From NCBI RefSeq assembly GCF_001194135.2, contig NC_068995.1, positions 11,053,885 to 11,088,153 of the forward strand: a stretch of DNA of 34,269 nt, given 5' to 3'. The stretch comes from Octopus bimaculoides. Taxonomy: Eukaryota. The notes under the pieces are model-generated. The model was not told the DNA's origin. It did not search any database and saw only the letters and a program-made list of their open reading frames with translations. Numbering within the stretch: the first letter of the stretch is position 1; each line of letters starts with the position of its first letter. A program made the position numbers and the translations under genes. Of this stretch, positions 11,030 through 21,570 are shown piece after piece.

Positions 11030-11095
11030 GTGAACAGCCATATTCAGTTTTCGACCCTTATTGCGGTCTCATCAGTGATGTTTTCATCAGCTGAT
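11030..11095 (-). ncRNA. Hammerhead-ribozyme-like motif (core intact, cleavage triplet defective)
   Basis: The minus strand reads TCAG C TGATG aaaa CATCA CTGATGA GACC gcaataag GGTC GAAA A CTGA. Confidence 0.5.
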
Positions 11096-11326
11096 CAATC
11101 CCAGAGAAACAAGGAACCAGTTCGTTTATATATACATCAAATGTAATAGCTCTAAAAAATTGGGGCCACTAATTTGCATTCTGTAAATGCTTAACACGTT
11201 ATTTAGTATCAGAAGTAAGTCATCAGGGAACCAAGTACTGAATGGCGAGAGAAGGGTGATGCAATGAAGAGTGAGTTAAATCTTTGGCCAGTACAGGAGA
11301 CAATCCTGGATATATTTTAGTCTTAC

Positions 11327-11370
11327 GAGGCCCCATCAACGTGTCATAGATGTTTTCGTATTTACTAGAA
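11327..11370 (-). CDS. Possible short internal exon (SSKYENIYDTLMGP)
   Basis: Strong pyrimidine tract tttttattttttcttttctatcaaag|, donor CTC|gtaaga and one open frame. No homology recognised. Confidence 0.2.
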
Positions 11371-12019
11371 CTTTGATAGAAAAGAAAAAATAAAAAGACC
11401 AAAAATGATTGACAAACGATCGATTAGTTAGTTGGAATGATATTTAACCAATTGACTAATAATAAAGGATTTATTAATATTGGCGTAATAACTCTCCCTA
11501 GATACAACAAGAATTTGTATGAATTTAGTGGAAAAAATAATCACATGATATCGATTTACAACAATCTCACTTTATCATGCACTGAAATACAAGCGCCCCA
11601 ACATGGCCGCGGCCTTAATGAATTGATAACGGAAAATGTGACTGGTGGTTATTTGATCGATTAAAAGACAACGGTGTTGTTGTTTTATCCTAAGTCAACT
11701 GATCAAGCAGACGAAGATCAAAGTGTTCCAACCGTGACTATCATGCCTTTTGTTTTGTTTTCATACATATTTAGGCCTACGTTGCGCAGTGTGTCATTTC
11801 TGTTTTGTTTCGTTATTGTTTTTTTCTGTATAGACAAGTATGATTTAAGGTAGATTTAGCTGTTATTTCTAGCCGGTCGATTGATCACGGAGTAGTGATC
11901 CACCTCAGACGTTACTAAAGACGTCAACGATTTTATTTCATGCGACGTTCTTGTGACATATTTTGGGCCCCGTTGCTTCGACTCTTATATATCGACGGTG
12001 CTAATGATACAGCTGCTGC

Positions 12020-12530
12020 CGATGATGACGATGATGATGATGATGATGATGATCTATCATAATTCCATTCGATGACGAGTACGAAGAAGACGACGAGGAG
12101 GAGGAGGAGGAGGGGGACGAAAGTCATTCTTATTACAATCTCCGCCAACGTCGTCGCCCTCTCGGCCTCCCCTTCATCATCTCCTCTTCCTTTCCCTCCC
12201 TCTCGGTCTCCTGCTCCTCCTCCTCACCATCACGTCATCACAACCCTCCTCCTCATCGTCCTCATTATCATTATTCCCACCGTCGTCGTCATCGTCAATA
12301 GCATCATCATTGTCATCATCATTGTCGTCATCATCATCATCGTCAGCATCGTCATCATCATCATCGTCAAGATCACTACCTTTAGAATAACGATAGACAT
12401 ATATTCAACAATAGCAAACACCAGGAGCATTGCCCCCTCGTCCTCAATAATGATAATATGAAAAAGATAATAATAATAATAATAATAATAATAATATTAA
12501 TAAATGATAATGATAATCATAATTTATAAT
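12020..12530. repeat. Mosaic trinucleotide repeat (GAT/ATC, GAG/CTC, AAT)
   Basis: Direct inspection. Confidence 0.9.
12228..12379 (-). CDS. Speculative Asp-rich exon (GSDLDDDDDDDADDDDDDDNDDDNDDAIDDDDDGGNNDNEDDEEEGCDDVM)
   Basis: Acceptor ttattctaaag|GT, donor ATG|gtgagg, open D-rich frame, phase 1 to phase 0. It may simply be a non-coding (GAT)n repeat. Confidence 0.15.
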
Positions 12531-13881
12531 GATTTATTATATTTCCATTTTTCATTTTTATTTATTTTCTTTTTATAATAATAATAATGATCGTTTCTTT
12601 ATAGCGATAATTTATTTTTACCATCAAGTTTTCTTTCAGAACCCAAAAAAAAAAAGAACCAAAAAAAAACCCAGTAAAAATCACAAAAGAATCAAGAAAA
12701 ATGTTTCTCTAAAATATGATTAAAATACTTTGGTATTCCATCATCTCCCCCCCCCCACTCTCGCCCCCTCTCTCTTTGTCTCTGTCTCTCTCTTTCTTTC
12801 TTGTTGCAATATACCCGCTTTCTACTTCCCTTATTCTCAGATTGAAATACTGAAACGCACTCTCCACCCTCTCTCTTTATCACTACTCACTCACCTCCAT
12901 CCCAACCTCACCCTCCTTATCCCATCCATTACGCACTCTCTCTCTCTCCCCTTCCTCCGCCTCCTCCTCATCATCATCACCTCTTTCTTTCTTCTTCTTC
13001 TCTTCTATCTTCAATTACTGACTGACTGACGACATATATACCTTAATATTTTCTGTCTCCTACCAACACCGCCCGCCTTACTCTCTCTCTGTTAATCTCT
13101 CGTTCCACTTGTTCACGCCGCCTTTTTTTTTTTACAAACAGCTCCTGTGTCGGCATTTTATTGATGGAATAATAAGAAAGAAGACATTAAGCTTATATAA
13201 AAAAAAGAAACCATAAAAACAAAAATGAGACAGAAGCGGCAAAGGATTTTGGAGAGCAGGGGACGGAGGAAGAAACATGGGTGTTTTTAGGAAACTAGTA
13301 GAGCTGAGAAGAGCAAAGTAGATTAGGAGAAAGGGTAAGGGTTGATCAAATGATGGGATGCTCGTTTCTGATTCATTTTTGAATAGGGCTTACGCCACCT
13401 TCTTTCCTTCTCATATCCCTCAACCTCCTTATTTTCCACCCCACTTCTCATCTTTTGTTACCTCCCTTTCTTACCGCCCTCTCCTGTCATAGGTCTGTCT
13501 CACTGTTTTTGCATCTATCTATCTATCTATCTATCTATCTGTTTATCTATCTGTTTATCTATCTATCTATCTATCTATTCATACATACTCGTGCTCACCT
13601 CTACCCATTCGCACGTTACCCGCATAGTACTCTTTATACTATATTCATTGTCATTTTAACAAAAGCGAAAGACTGAAAACGATAAGTCCAGAAGGTATTA
13701 ACATAAATAGACAGATGAATAAATTAATATATTCGAAAAGAACCTCCAAATTATTAAAACGATATCGAAATTTCACACACGCACACACGTCTGGATGTTG
13801 CAGACAAGAGTTAAAAAAAAAAATAGTTAACGGAAAACTCCGAGCATTGACGAAATAAATGTGCAGCTTCAAGCAATATAA

Positions 13882-13884
<3 letters not shown>

Positions 13885-13953
<69 letters not shown>

Positions 13954-14121
13954 NNNNNNNNNNNNNNNNNNNNNNNNNNNNNNNNNNNNNNNNNNNNNNN
14001 NNNNNNNNNNNNNNNACACTCAGAATATTATTGCTATATAATCACTTGATACTGTCAGTTAAAGTGATCACAATAAGCGCCTTCAGCTATAAGTGTGTGT
14101 TTGCTTGTGCGTGTACACGCG

Positions 14122-14177
<56 letters not shown>
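13885..14177. repeat. (CA)n and (GC)n(CA)n microsatellites around an N-gap
   Basis: Direct inspection. Confidence 0.9.
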
Positions 14178-14180
<3 letters not shown>

Positions 14181-14250
14181 TCTTCAATAAAGTAAGAAAT
14201 CTAAATACATATTTCAAAAATAGATTTGGTTATACAAATAGAACTCAAAA

Positions 14251-14497
14251 CATGATTGTGTGTGTGGAAAGAATATTGCTTCCCAACCTCATGGTTCCAG
14301 GTTCAGTCCCACTGTGTGGCACCTTGGGCAAGTGTCTTCTACTATAGCCGCAAGCCAACCAAAGACTTGTGNNNNNNNNNNCACCTTGGGCAAGTGTCTT
14401 CTACTATAGCCGCAAGCCAACCAAAGACTTGTGAGTGGATTTGGTAAACGGAAACTGAAAGAAGCCCATCGTAAATGTGTGTGTGTGTGTGTGTGTA
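14251..14497 (+). mobile_element. SINE family B, 5' half (tRNA head, CORE-like segment, TG run)
   Basis: GGTTCAGTCCCACTGTGTGGCACCTTGGGCAAGTGTCTTCTACTATAGC...GACGGAAACTGAAAGAAGCCC-like. Confidence 0.9.
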
Positions 14498-14499
14498 TA

Positions 14500-14877
14500 A
14501 GCGCAGGCTTGGGTTTGTGGTAAGAAGCTTGCTTCCCACTACAGGATTTCTAGTTCAGTCCCACTGCGTGGCACCTAGGTCATGTGTCTTCTACTATAGC
14601 CTTGGGGCAACCAAAGCCTTGAGAGTGGATTTGGTAGACGGAAACTGAAAGAAGCTCGCCGTAAATTGTGTGTGTGTGTGTTTGTGTATCTTCCGCCACC
14701 ACTTAACAGGTGTTGCTTTGGTTACGTTCCCGGAATGTAGCGTTTCGGCAAAAGAGATCGATAGAATAAATACTAGGCATTAAAAGATGAGTCCCGAGGT
14801 CGATTTATTCGACAAATATTTTTCAGGGCGCTGCCCCAGCATGGCCACGATCAGGTGACGGAAACGAGTAAAAAAGA
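14500..14877 (+). mobile_element. SINE family B (CORE-type, probably related to octopus OR SINEs), full length
   Basis: Head, CORE-like GGCACC-TAGGTCATGTGTCTTCTACTATAGCC, (TG)n middle and tail CCCCAGCATGGCCAC...GAAACGAGTAAAAAAGA. Confidence 0.9.
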
Positions 14878-14900
14878 AACGATGTGTATATGTGTGTATA

Positions 14901-15252
14901 TATTCTTTTACTTGTTTCAGTCATTTGACTGCGGCTATGCTGGAGCACCGTCTTTAGGCAAGCAAATCGACCGCAGGACTTATTCTTTGTAAGCCTAATA
15001 CTTATTCTATCGATCTCTAATGCCGAACCGCTAAGTTACGGGGACGTAGACATACCAACATCGGTTGTCAAGCATTGGTGGGAGATAAACACACATACAC
15101 ACACACAATGGGCTTCTTTCAGTTTCCTTCTACGAAATGTACGGTGGTCGACTTGAGGATATAGCTAATGACTCTAGCCCAAAGTGCCATGAAGTGGGAC
15201 TGAACTCAGAACCATGTGGTTGGGAAGCAAGCTTCTTACCACACAGCTACAC
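14901..15252 (-). mobile_element. SINE family B, full length, inverted relative to its neighbour
   Basis: TCTTTTACTTGTTTCAGTCATTTGACTGCGGCTATGCTGGAGCACC...GTGGGACTGAACTCAGAACCATGTGGTTGGGAAGCAAGCTTCTTACCACACAGC. Confidence 0.9.
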
Positions 15253-15785
15253 ACACACACGCACGCAAAATTTTCAATCGGTAGAATTCAGTTAGTGACT
15301 CAAGGGCCGAGTGTTTCGTGAATACATATGTCAGTTAGTAACTGCCGACGGAAAATAATAATAATAAAAAATATATTATTTTTATTCTAATTTTCATTAT
15401 TATTACTATTATTCTAAGAGAATTTAAATAATAAAAAAATATAAAATTTAAAAGAACCCGCCAAAGAAAAAGATGAAACAGAAGAAATACAAAAGGAAAC
15501 AAGTGCAGAAAACGATGAGAAAGAAAATAGAAATTCCTCTATTGTAATAATAATAATAATAATAATAATAGTAATGATAGTAACATTCTTTCTTCTGTGA
15601 CAGGGAAATTCCCCACTATAACCTGAGACTGTCGTCTTGAAAGCAAATTGTCTTTCCCTTTTCTATATAACACCTTCCGGAACACAGATCCGTCCATGAT
15701 CTCACAAAAGACGCCATGAATCATTTGTCTGTCTGTGTTGCTTTCTACACTCATGTCGTGTGACTAATTTTACCGAATACTTTGT

Positions 15786-15900
15786 GTTATAATTGCTTAA
15801 TCTCGACGGATCTCCGTCGGTTTCGACTAACTAATTAACGGAACTGTCTGCTCATTGAATTATAGAACAAATAACTGGCAGAGTATTCCAGAGTATTCCA
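15786..15900 (+). mobile_element. Degenerate SINE-like family C fragment
   Basis: GGATCTCCGTCGGTT, AACGGAAC, CTGCTCATTGAATT and GAGTATTCCA align with the reverse complement of 18900-19093. Confidence 0.6.
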
Positions 15901-15905
15901 GGAAT

Positions 15906-16223
15906 GATGAAATAAGTACCAGTTTATTATTGGGGTCCACGTTATCGGCTAAACCCCAAAATGCAGGCCTTGTACTAAGAGTAGAAAGAATTATAATTAC
16001 TCTCTCTAAAGTGGCTAGTTGGCAGACCGGTTAGAGCGTCAGACAAAATTCTTAACAGCATTTCCTCCGACTCATTACGTTCTGAGTTCATATCATGCCG
16101 TGGTTCACTTTGGCCTTTCATCCTTTCGGGGGTCGATAAAATAAAGTACTAGTTGAGCACTTGGGTCGATAATCGACTTACCCTCTTTTAAAATTACTGG
16201 CCTTGTAACCAAAAATTGAAACC
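15906..16223 (+). mobile_element. SINE family A: 3' fragment (15906-15998) followed by a full copy (16009-16223)
   Basis: AAATAAGTACCAGTT...GGCCTTGTACTAAGAGTAGAAAG, then TTGGCAGACCGGTTAG, GTTCTGAGTTCA and CCTTTCATCCTTTCGGGGGTCGATAAAA. Confidence 0.85.
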
Positions 16224-16225
16224 AT

Positions 16226-16395
16226 TATAATTGCTTACCTTTAATGGATCTCTGTCGGTTTCGACGGTAAGATGGGTATTACTGTTTTTCGAGTAATTAT
16301 CTGAACTAGGCTGTTTGCTCATTGAATTGTAGAACAAACGAGTGACTGAGTATTCCACAGACTTGTATAGCCTTAAATGTAATAGTTCTCGTTTA
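16226..16395 (+). mobile_element. Degenerate SINE-like family C fragment
   Basis: GGATCTCTGTCGGTTTCGACG...GCTCATTGAATTG...CTGAGTATTCCACAGAC...GTAATAGTTCTC. Confidence 0.65.
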
Positions 16396-16734
16396 GAATC
16401 AGCACGACACAGTTTATGACTAGGCTATATTTTTGCATTTTTGAATTACTGGTACAAACTATACAGACATTTTCGTTTACCCAATGTCACAAGGTATGAT
16501 TCATTCCAGTGCTATTATGTGTAAACAACGAACAATCCCACCTTCCCAAACTTAACAAACCTCCGAAGATCACCAAAATCTAAAAAAAATATCCTCCCAA
16601 AGACAAAAAAAACAAAAACAAAAAAAAATCAAAGAAACAAAAACATAAAATCCCTTCTAAACCACAAAAAATACCACACCTCCTCCCCACAAAACTCCTC
16701 CCCACTGCAAAAATCTTCCACCCATCAAAAAAGA

Positions 16735-16820
16735 ATTTGTTCAAAACGTCAGTAAGTGATATTGAACCCGGGGGCTGATGATTGCAAAACAAGCTTCTTA
16801 ACCACTTGGCCATTCCCGTG
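16735..16820 (-). mobile_element. SINE family B head fragment
   Basis: The reverse complement reads GGAATGGCCAAGTGGTTAAGAAGCTTGTTTTGCAA...CCGGGTTCAATATC. Confidence 0.7.
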
Positions 16821-16825
16821 ACATA

Positions 16826-16862
<37 letters not shown>

Positions 16863-17236
16863 TCACCGTATTTGATAGCAGCAAAGACGCACGGGCATAG
16901 TAGATGCACTTCAACTTCGCATATTGCACCCAGGGTGAGTTATTTTGCGAAATAAGTTTTTGAGGTAAAAAAAAAAAAAGAAAACATAAAAAATCGTCTT
17001 AAATGCCATCAAATATGGTAGGTTTATCATTCAAATACCAAACAGTATCATTCACCTGATTCCCTTTTGGCAGTCATTCTTTTCTTTCATGATGATGACG
17101 GTGATAATTAGGAGGTGAAGTAAGAGGTGCGTTGTTAAAATAATTAACATTCAGCAGCTCATCACTGTAACAGTTACCATTATTAGTAACATTAGCAATC
17201 CTTTCTCTATTATCATCGACAAAAGCATCATCATCT

Positions 17237-17430
17237 TTATCCATCGTCATTTGTAGCGTTATCATTGTAATCTTCATTATCGTCGTCGTCACCATCATCA
17301 TCATCGTTGTCAATGACATCGTTAACACCACCACCACAATAATTATCGTCGCCGTCATCATCATCATCATCACTGCCACAACCGTCATCACCTGCACCAG
17401 CACCACCACCATCATTATCATCACCATTAT
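17237..17430. repeat. Degenerate (CAT/CAC/CGT) trinucleotide array, Asp/Gly-rich on the minus strand
   Basis: Direct inspection; the repeat register shifts near 17240. Confidence 0.85.
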
Positions 17431-17461
17431 GGAACAGCAATCAAATTACACCATGTCTCAC

Positions 17462-17562
17462 CTGCACCGACTTCAACTAACAGCCAGAAAGCCATTGTAG
17501 CTAACGGAAACGTCATGGTCATGACTGTTTTATTTTTGATCAAAATGCTACATAAAGCTGAC
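17462..17562 (-). CDS. Candidate 101-nt exon encoding a signal-peptide-like segment (ATG at 17522: MTMTFPLATMAFWLLVEVGA|G)
   Basis: Acceptor ttgctgttgtttaatctcag|G, donor GCAG|gtgaga, only one open frame, a hydrophobic core followed by V-G-A, and a phase-1 intron. Confidence 0.4.
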
Positions 17563-17612
17563 CTGAGATTAAACAACAGCAACGGAACAATATGAAATAT
17601 TTACAGTTAAAA

Positions 17613-17700
17613 TAGGTGCGGCTGTGTGGGTTAACGAGTTCGCTTCACGAGCAAGTAGTTCCGGGTTCGGTCCCACAGCGCGGTATTTTATTTATCTATT
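17613..17700 (+). mobile_element. SINE family B head fragment
   Basis: GGCTGTGTGGGTTAACGAGTTCGCTTC...CCGGGTTCGGTCCCACAGCGCGG. Confidence 0.75.
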
Positions 17701-17734
17701 ATAGTTCAGTTCCCACCATAAGGCCCAGTCTTCG

Positions 17735-18003
17735 TTGTGTTGTGGATGCTTGTCTGGCCCTGAGAGTTGTGCCAGTGGAGTGCAGTTTCCTTGGAGGGTC
17801 TTCCATGCTGGACAGGTTCAAGGATAGAGGTCAGACTAATATTGACTACCTTTTTCTGGAGATGAAAATGGGTTTGCGTAGGACCAACTCCCACTGACAA
17901 GAGAAAAAGCAAAGTTACAGCAGTATTAATGACGACGATTCAAAACTAGGAAGACCAGAGTGAGGAAGGGCTTCTCTCAGGGAAACCTATAAAATTGGTA
18001 CTT
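17735..18003 (+). mobile_element. Decayed 5' UTR and ORF start of an RTE-clade LINE
   Basis: GGAGGGTCTTCCATGCTGGACAGGT...GGGTTTGCGTAGG...AAAGTTAC resembles RTE 5' regions from recall. It ends in AAAATTGGTACT (K-I-G-T), like the 'IGTWNV' start of the APE domain. Confidence 0.5.
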
Positions 18004-18833
18004 TCCGTTTAACTTACGTAGAATACGCACATATATATGTATATATATATTATAAAGGTTAAAAATCGTTAATGATTCTACCAGGTGGTCAACGCAGAAA
18101 TAAAAACCTCATACGTAAATTTTACGAACTATTTTATAATTATATACATATATATGTGTGTGTGTGTGTGTGTGTGTACGTACATATATATATATGTACA
18201 TGTGTGTGTGTGTATATAGCGAGAGAGATTTTGTACTCTAATACGTTCCTAACGGAATACACTTCAATACATATATATATTTTCTTGCCTTTAACCCTCG
18301 AACGCGGAGTATAGGCCACTTATAATTGAATTCCATGTCGCATAATTTTTCGCTTCTGTACTTATACTCTGCCATGAATGTCCCCCTTTAGCTAGTTACT
18401 TTTGTGTTGATCTACGCCACGAGTTCTTAGGCCTACCCCTCTTTCTATATCTATCCGGATTCCACTGTAAAGCACTTTTCATTACATTTGGTGTGTCTTT
18501 TATAATTGTGCTACCAATCCACTTCCACTTTTTCTTAAATATATATATATATATATATATAATACTGTCCTGTTTTTTTTTCTTCCAAAATTTGATCCTC
18601 CATAAGTCCTAAATTTTATTTTGGTACGTATGGGAGCAACTGTCTTCGATGACTTATTTTGTCGTTCGGTGCTCGAAATGAGGAGTAGATAGACAGCCGA
18701 CAACTGACGTAGAGTCGTTCTTTCTATTACTTGTCCTGTTTTCCGTTTGTTTCTCTCGTTTGCGTATTGAACTCATTTACTTTCGTATTTCATGTTGTTT
18801 ACTGTTCGGTGACGTTCTGTACCCACATATGCA

Positions 18834-18891
<58 letters not shown>

Positions 18892-18899
18892 CTTCCTGT

Positions 18900-19093
18900 G
18901 TCTGTTGTACCTGAATTTCAAAGGGCCAGCCTTGTGTTGTGACACTCTGTGACACGCCGAATCACCCCGAGAACTACGTATAGGGTACATGTGTCTGTGG
19001 AGTGCTCAGCCACTTGCACGTTAATTTCACGAGCAGGCTGTTCCGTTGAGTAGATCAACTGGAACCCTCGTCGTAGTAACCGACGGAGTGCCA
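18900..19093 (-). mobile_element. SINE-like family C, well-preserved body and tail
   Basis: rc: CTCCGTCGGTTACTACGACGAGGGTTCCAGTTGATC...AACGGAACAGCCTGCTCGTGAAATTAACGTGCAAGTGGCTGAGCACTCCACAGACAC. Two further copies lie at 15786 and 16226. Confidence 0.8.
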
Positions 19094-20157
19094 GGTGTAT
19101 ATTTTTAGGTATGTATGTGTGTCTGGCGGAGCTTCAAGTTCATATCGACCGGTGCGAAAACTCGGTTGTCCTTTTCAAAAACTCAACTCAGTTATTCGAG
19201 AAACATATATTGAAATAAATAGAAATATAAAACGAAACTTATTAATTCTCATATTACTTATAATATTGTGCTTTACTTTATTTTGTCTGTAGAAGCGATA
19301 CAAAGATGTCTTCCTCACTGTATCATCTCTTAATCACCAATATATATATATATATAGATATATTTTGGGAGGAAGACAAGCTTCGGTAGATTTGTCAGAA
19401 ATTTTTCGTATATGATTGTAAAATGTGTGTCAGGAAGACGAGAGATATTGATATGATCTATTATGATGAATTGAGGGCGACACAGAGCAAACAAATTAAT
19501 AGAGGAAACGAAGTGGTTCGTTTCGGTAAGAATTAATCACATTGCTCACTTTCACTTAACCCTATACACTCTAGTTTGTCTAGCGAGACAAACCTGGGGT
19601 GAAAAATGGAATAAAAAAATAAAAAAAAGAGTAATGTGACGACGACGACGATTGTGATGTCGTCAGTGATATGAGCGAAAACTTTCAGATGAACTCGCGT
19701 CCTTTTTTTCTTTTTGGCATCCTGTTTCTACTTCTTCTTCTTCTTCAAATTCTTCTTTTTCTTTTTCTTGTTTTTCTTTTTCTTCTTTTTCTACCACCAG
19801 TCCATACCCCTCTTCCCATTACTCTGACTAATAAGCAGAAATACGTAAGTGTATGGTTCGACGGCAGGGTCAGAGATTGAAAGCTGTTCGTGGCGTTTCG
19901 GTTATCTATCATTAGCTACTTGTTCGTTACTTTCCAAAATGAATGATGATGTGTTCAAAACGAAAACGGGGGAATGGGGTAAAAAGAAAAAGAAAACAAA
20001 AAGCATCAAATGAAGAAACAGAAATGGCAGCATCTTCTCTTCGCTGAAAACTGAGAAACACATCGAATTAAAGACTCCCGTCGATATTAAAGTCTCGTCA
20101 TATTACAGACAATCAGATTATAGTAAAGGGTTTTTCATTTTACACCCACCCCACGGA

Positions 20158-20353
20158 AAGGCAGGGAGCTGGTAGAATCGTTATCATGCCGGCCAAAATG
20201 TTTAGCGGTATTTCTTCTGGCTTTTTACGTTCCGAGTTCAAATTCCGCCGAGGGCGACAAAATAAGCACCAGTTGAGCGCTGGTGTCGATTTACCGACTT
20301 AACACGTCCCCTGAACTTGCTAGCCTTGTGCTCAAATTATTATTATTATTATT
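20158..20353 (+). mobile_element. SINE family A with an internal deletion and an (ATT)n tail
   Basis: AAGGCAGGGAGCTGGTAGAATCGTTA...GAGTTCAAATTCCGCCGAGG...GCCTTGTGCTCAAATTATTATT. Confidence 0.85.
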
Positions 20354-20900
20354 GAGTGAGAGAGCAATGCATACCATCAAAGTGACACTAGAGTAGAAAT
20401 ATACGAAGCCCAATATACCCATCATGATGACGGGTCTGATAAGGGTACACCATGCACATGGATCATAATGATAAGTGCGCGACATGTTGATTTCATATCA
20501 AGATAAACAGCGCATGACCTTACAGGTAGGGCCCAGTTAGAATTTTCTTCAGGTCGAGTAGCCCACCCCGCTCAAAGGCCTTTGAATAAGGGTTGTTTAA
20601 GGATGTTGAACGAAACACTCGTTTCCAGAGGTGAATTATTCAAACCCCAAAGAATTCCTCTCAACACATGGCTATGATGCTCCTTCAGTATTTCTGCTCG
20701 TGATCAGAGATGCACAAGGGACATGCTCAATTGATTAACGTCAAATAACTGACAAGTAAATCTGTGGTCCTGAACTGAATATTTGCTGTAGCCCATCTTT
20801 TTACACCAAGACAAACACGTGTATCATAACACCTCCAATCAGTTAAGATCAGAAGCTATGAGAGCCAGTGCCTTGATTTGCATCAGTGCATTATTATTAT
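20354..20900 (+). mobile_element. 5'-truncated non-LTR retroposon 3' region ending in (TTA)n
   Basis: A GC-richer 550-bp block recognised from memory as an abundant octopus repeat. It sits in an (ATT)n tract and ends GCATCAGTGCATTATTATTAT. Confidence 0.6.
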
Positions 20901-21534
20901 GAAGAGGTTGACTTTGCCTTTCATCCTTTCGGGGTTGATAAATTAAGTACTAGTTGTGTACTGAGGTCTATCTAATCGACTGGCTCCCTCCCCCCAAATT
21001 TTGGGCCTTGTGTCTAGAGTAGAAAAGATTATCATTATTAAGAGGTCGACTTTGCTTTTCATTCTTTCGGGGTTGAAAAATTAAATACCAGTGAAATACT
21101 GGGTCGATGTAATCGACTTGTCTCCTCCCCCAAATTTCAGGCCTTGTGCCTATAGAAAAAAAAAGGATTATTATTATTTTTATTAAGAGGTCGACGTTAT
21201 CTTTCATCCTTTCAGGGTCGATAAATTAAGTACCAGTTGCGTACTGGGCTCGATCTAATCGACTTGCTCCCTTCCACAAAAATTTCAGGCCGTGTGCCTT
21301 TAATAAAAAGGATTATTATTAAGGCAGTAAGTCGGTGGAATCCTTAGCAGGCTGGACGAAATGCTTAGCGGTATTTTACCCGTCGCTACGTTCTGAGTTC
21401 AAATCCCACAGAGGTCGACTTTGCCTTTCATCCTTTCAGGGTCGATAAAGTAAGTTCTAGTTGAGCGGTGGGATCGATGTAACTGACTTGTCCTCTCCCC
21501 CAAAATTTCAGGCCTTGTACTTTCAGTAGAAAGG

Positions 21535-21570
<36 letters not shown>

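Noticed and set aside
14320-14433. Exact 52-bp direct repeat (14320-14371 and 14382-14433)
   Set aside because: It flanks a 10-N gap and is identical, so it is an unmerged contig overlap, not biology.
15539-15754. 71-aa minus-strand ORF (…IMDGSVFRKVLYRKGKD…)
   Set aside because: No convincing splice sites in a compatible phase and no recognised family; it ends in an (AAT)n repeat.
19671-19880. Hydrophobic ORF with a perfect plus-strand donor near 19846
   Set aside because: The hydrophobic part is a (CTT)/(T)-rich low-complexity tract.
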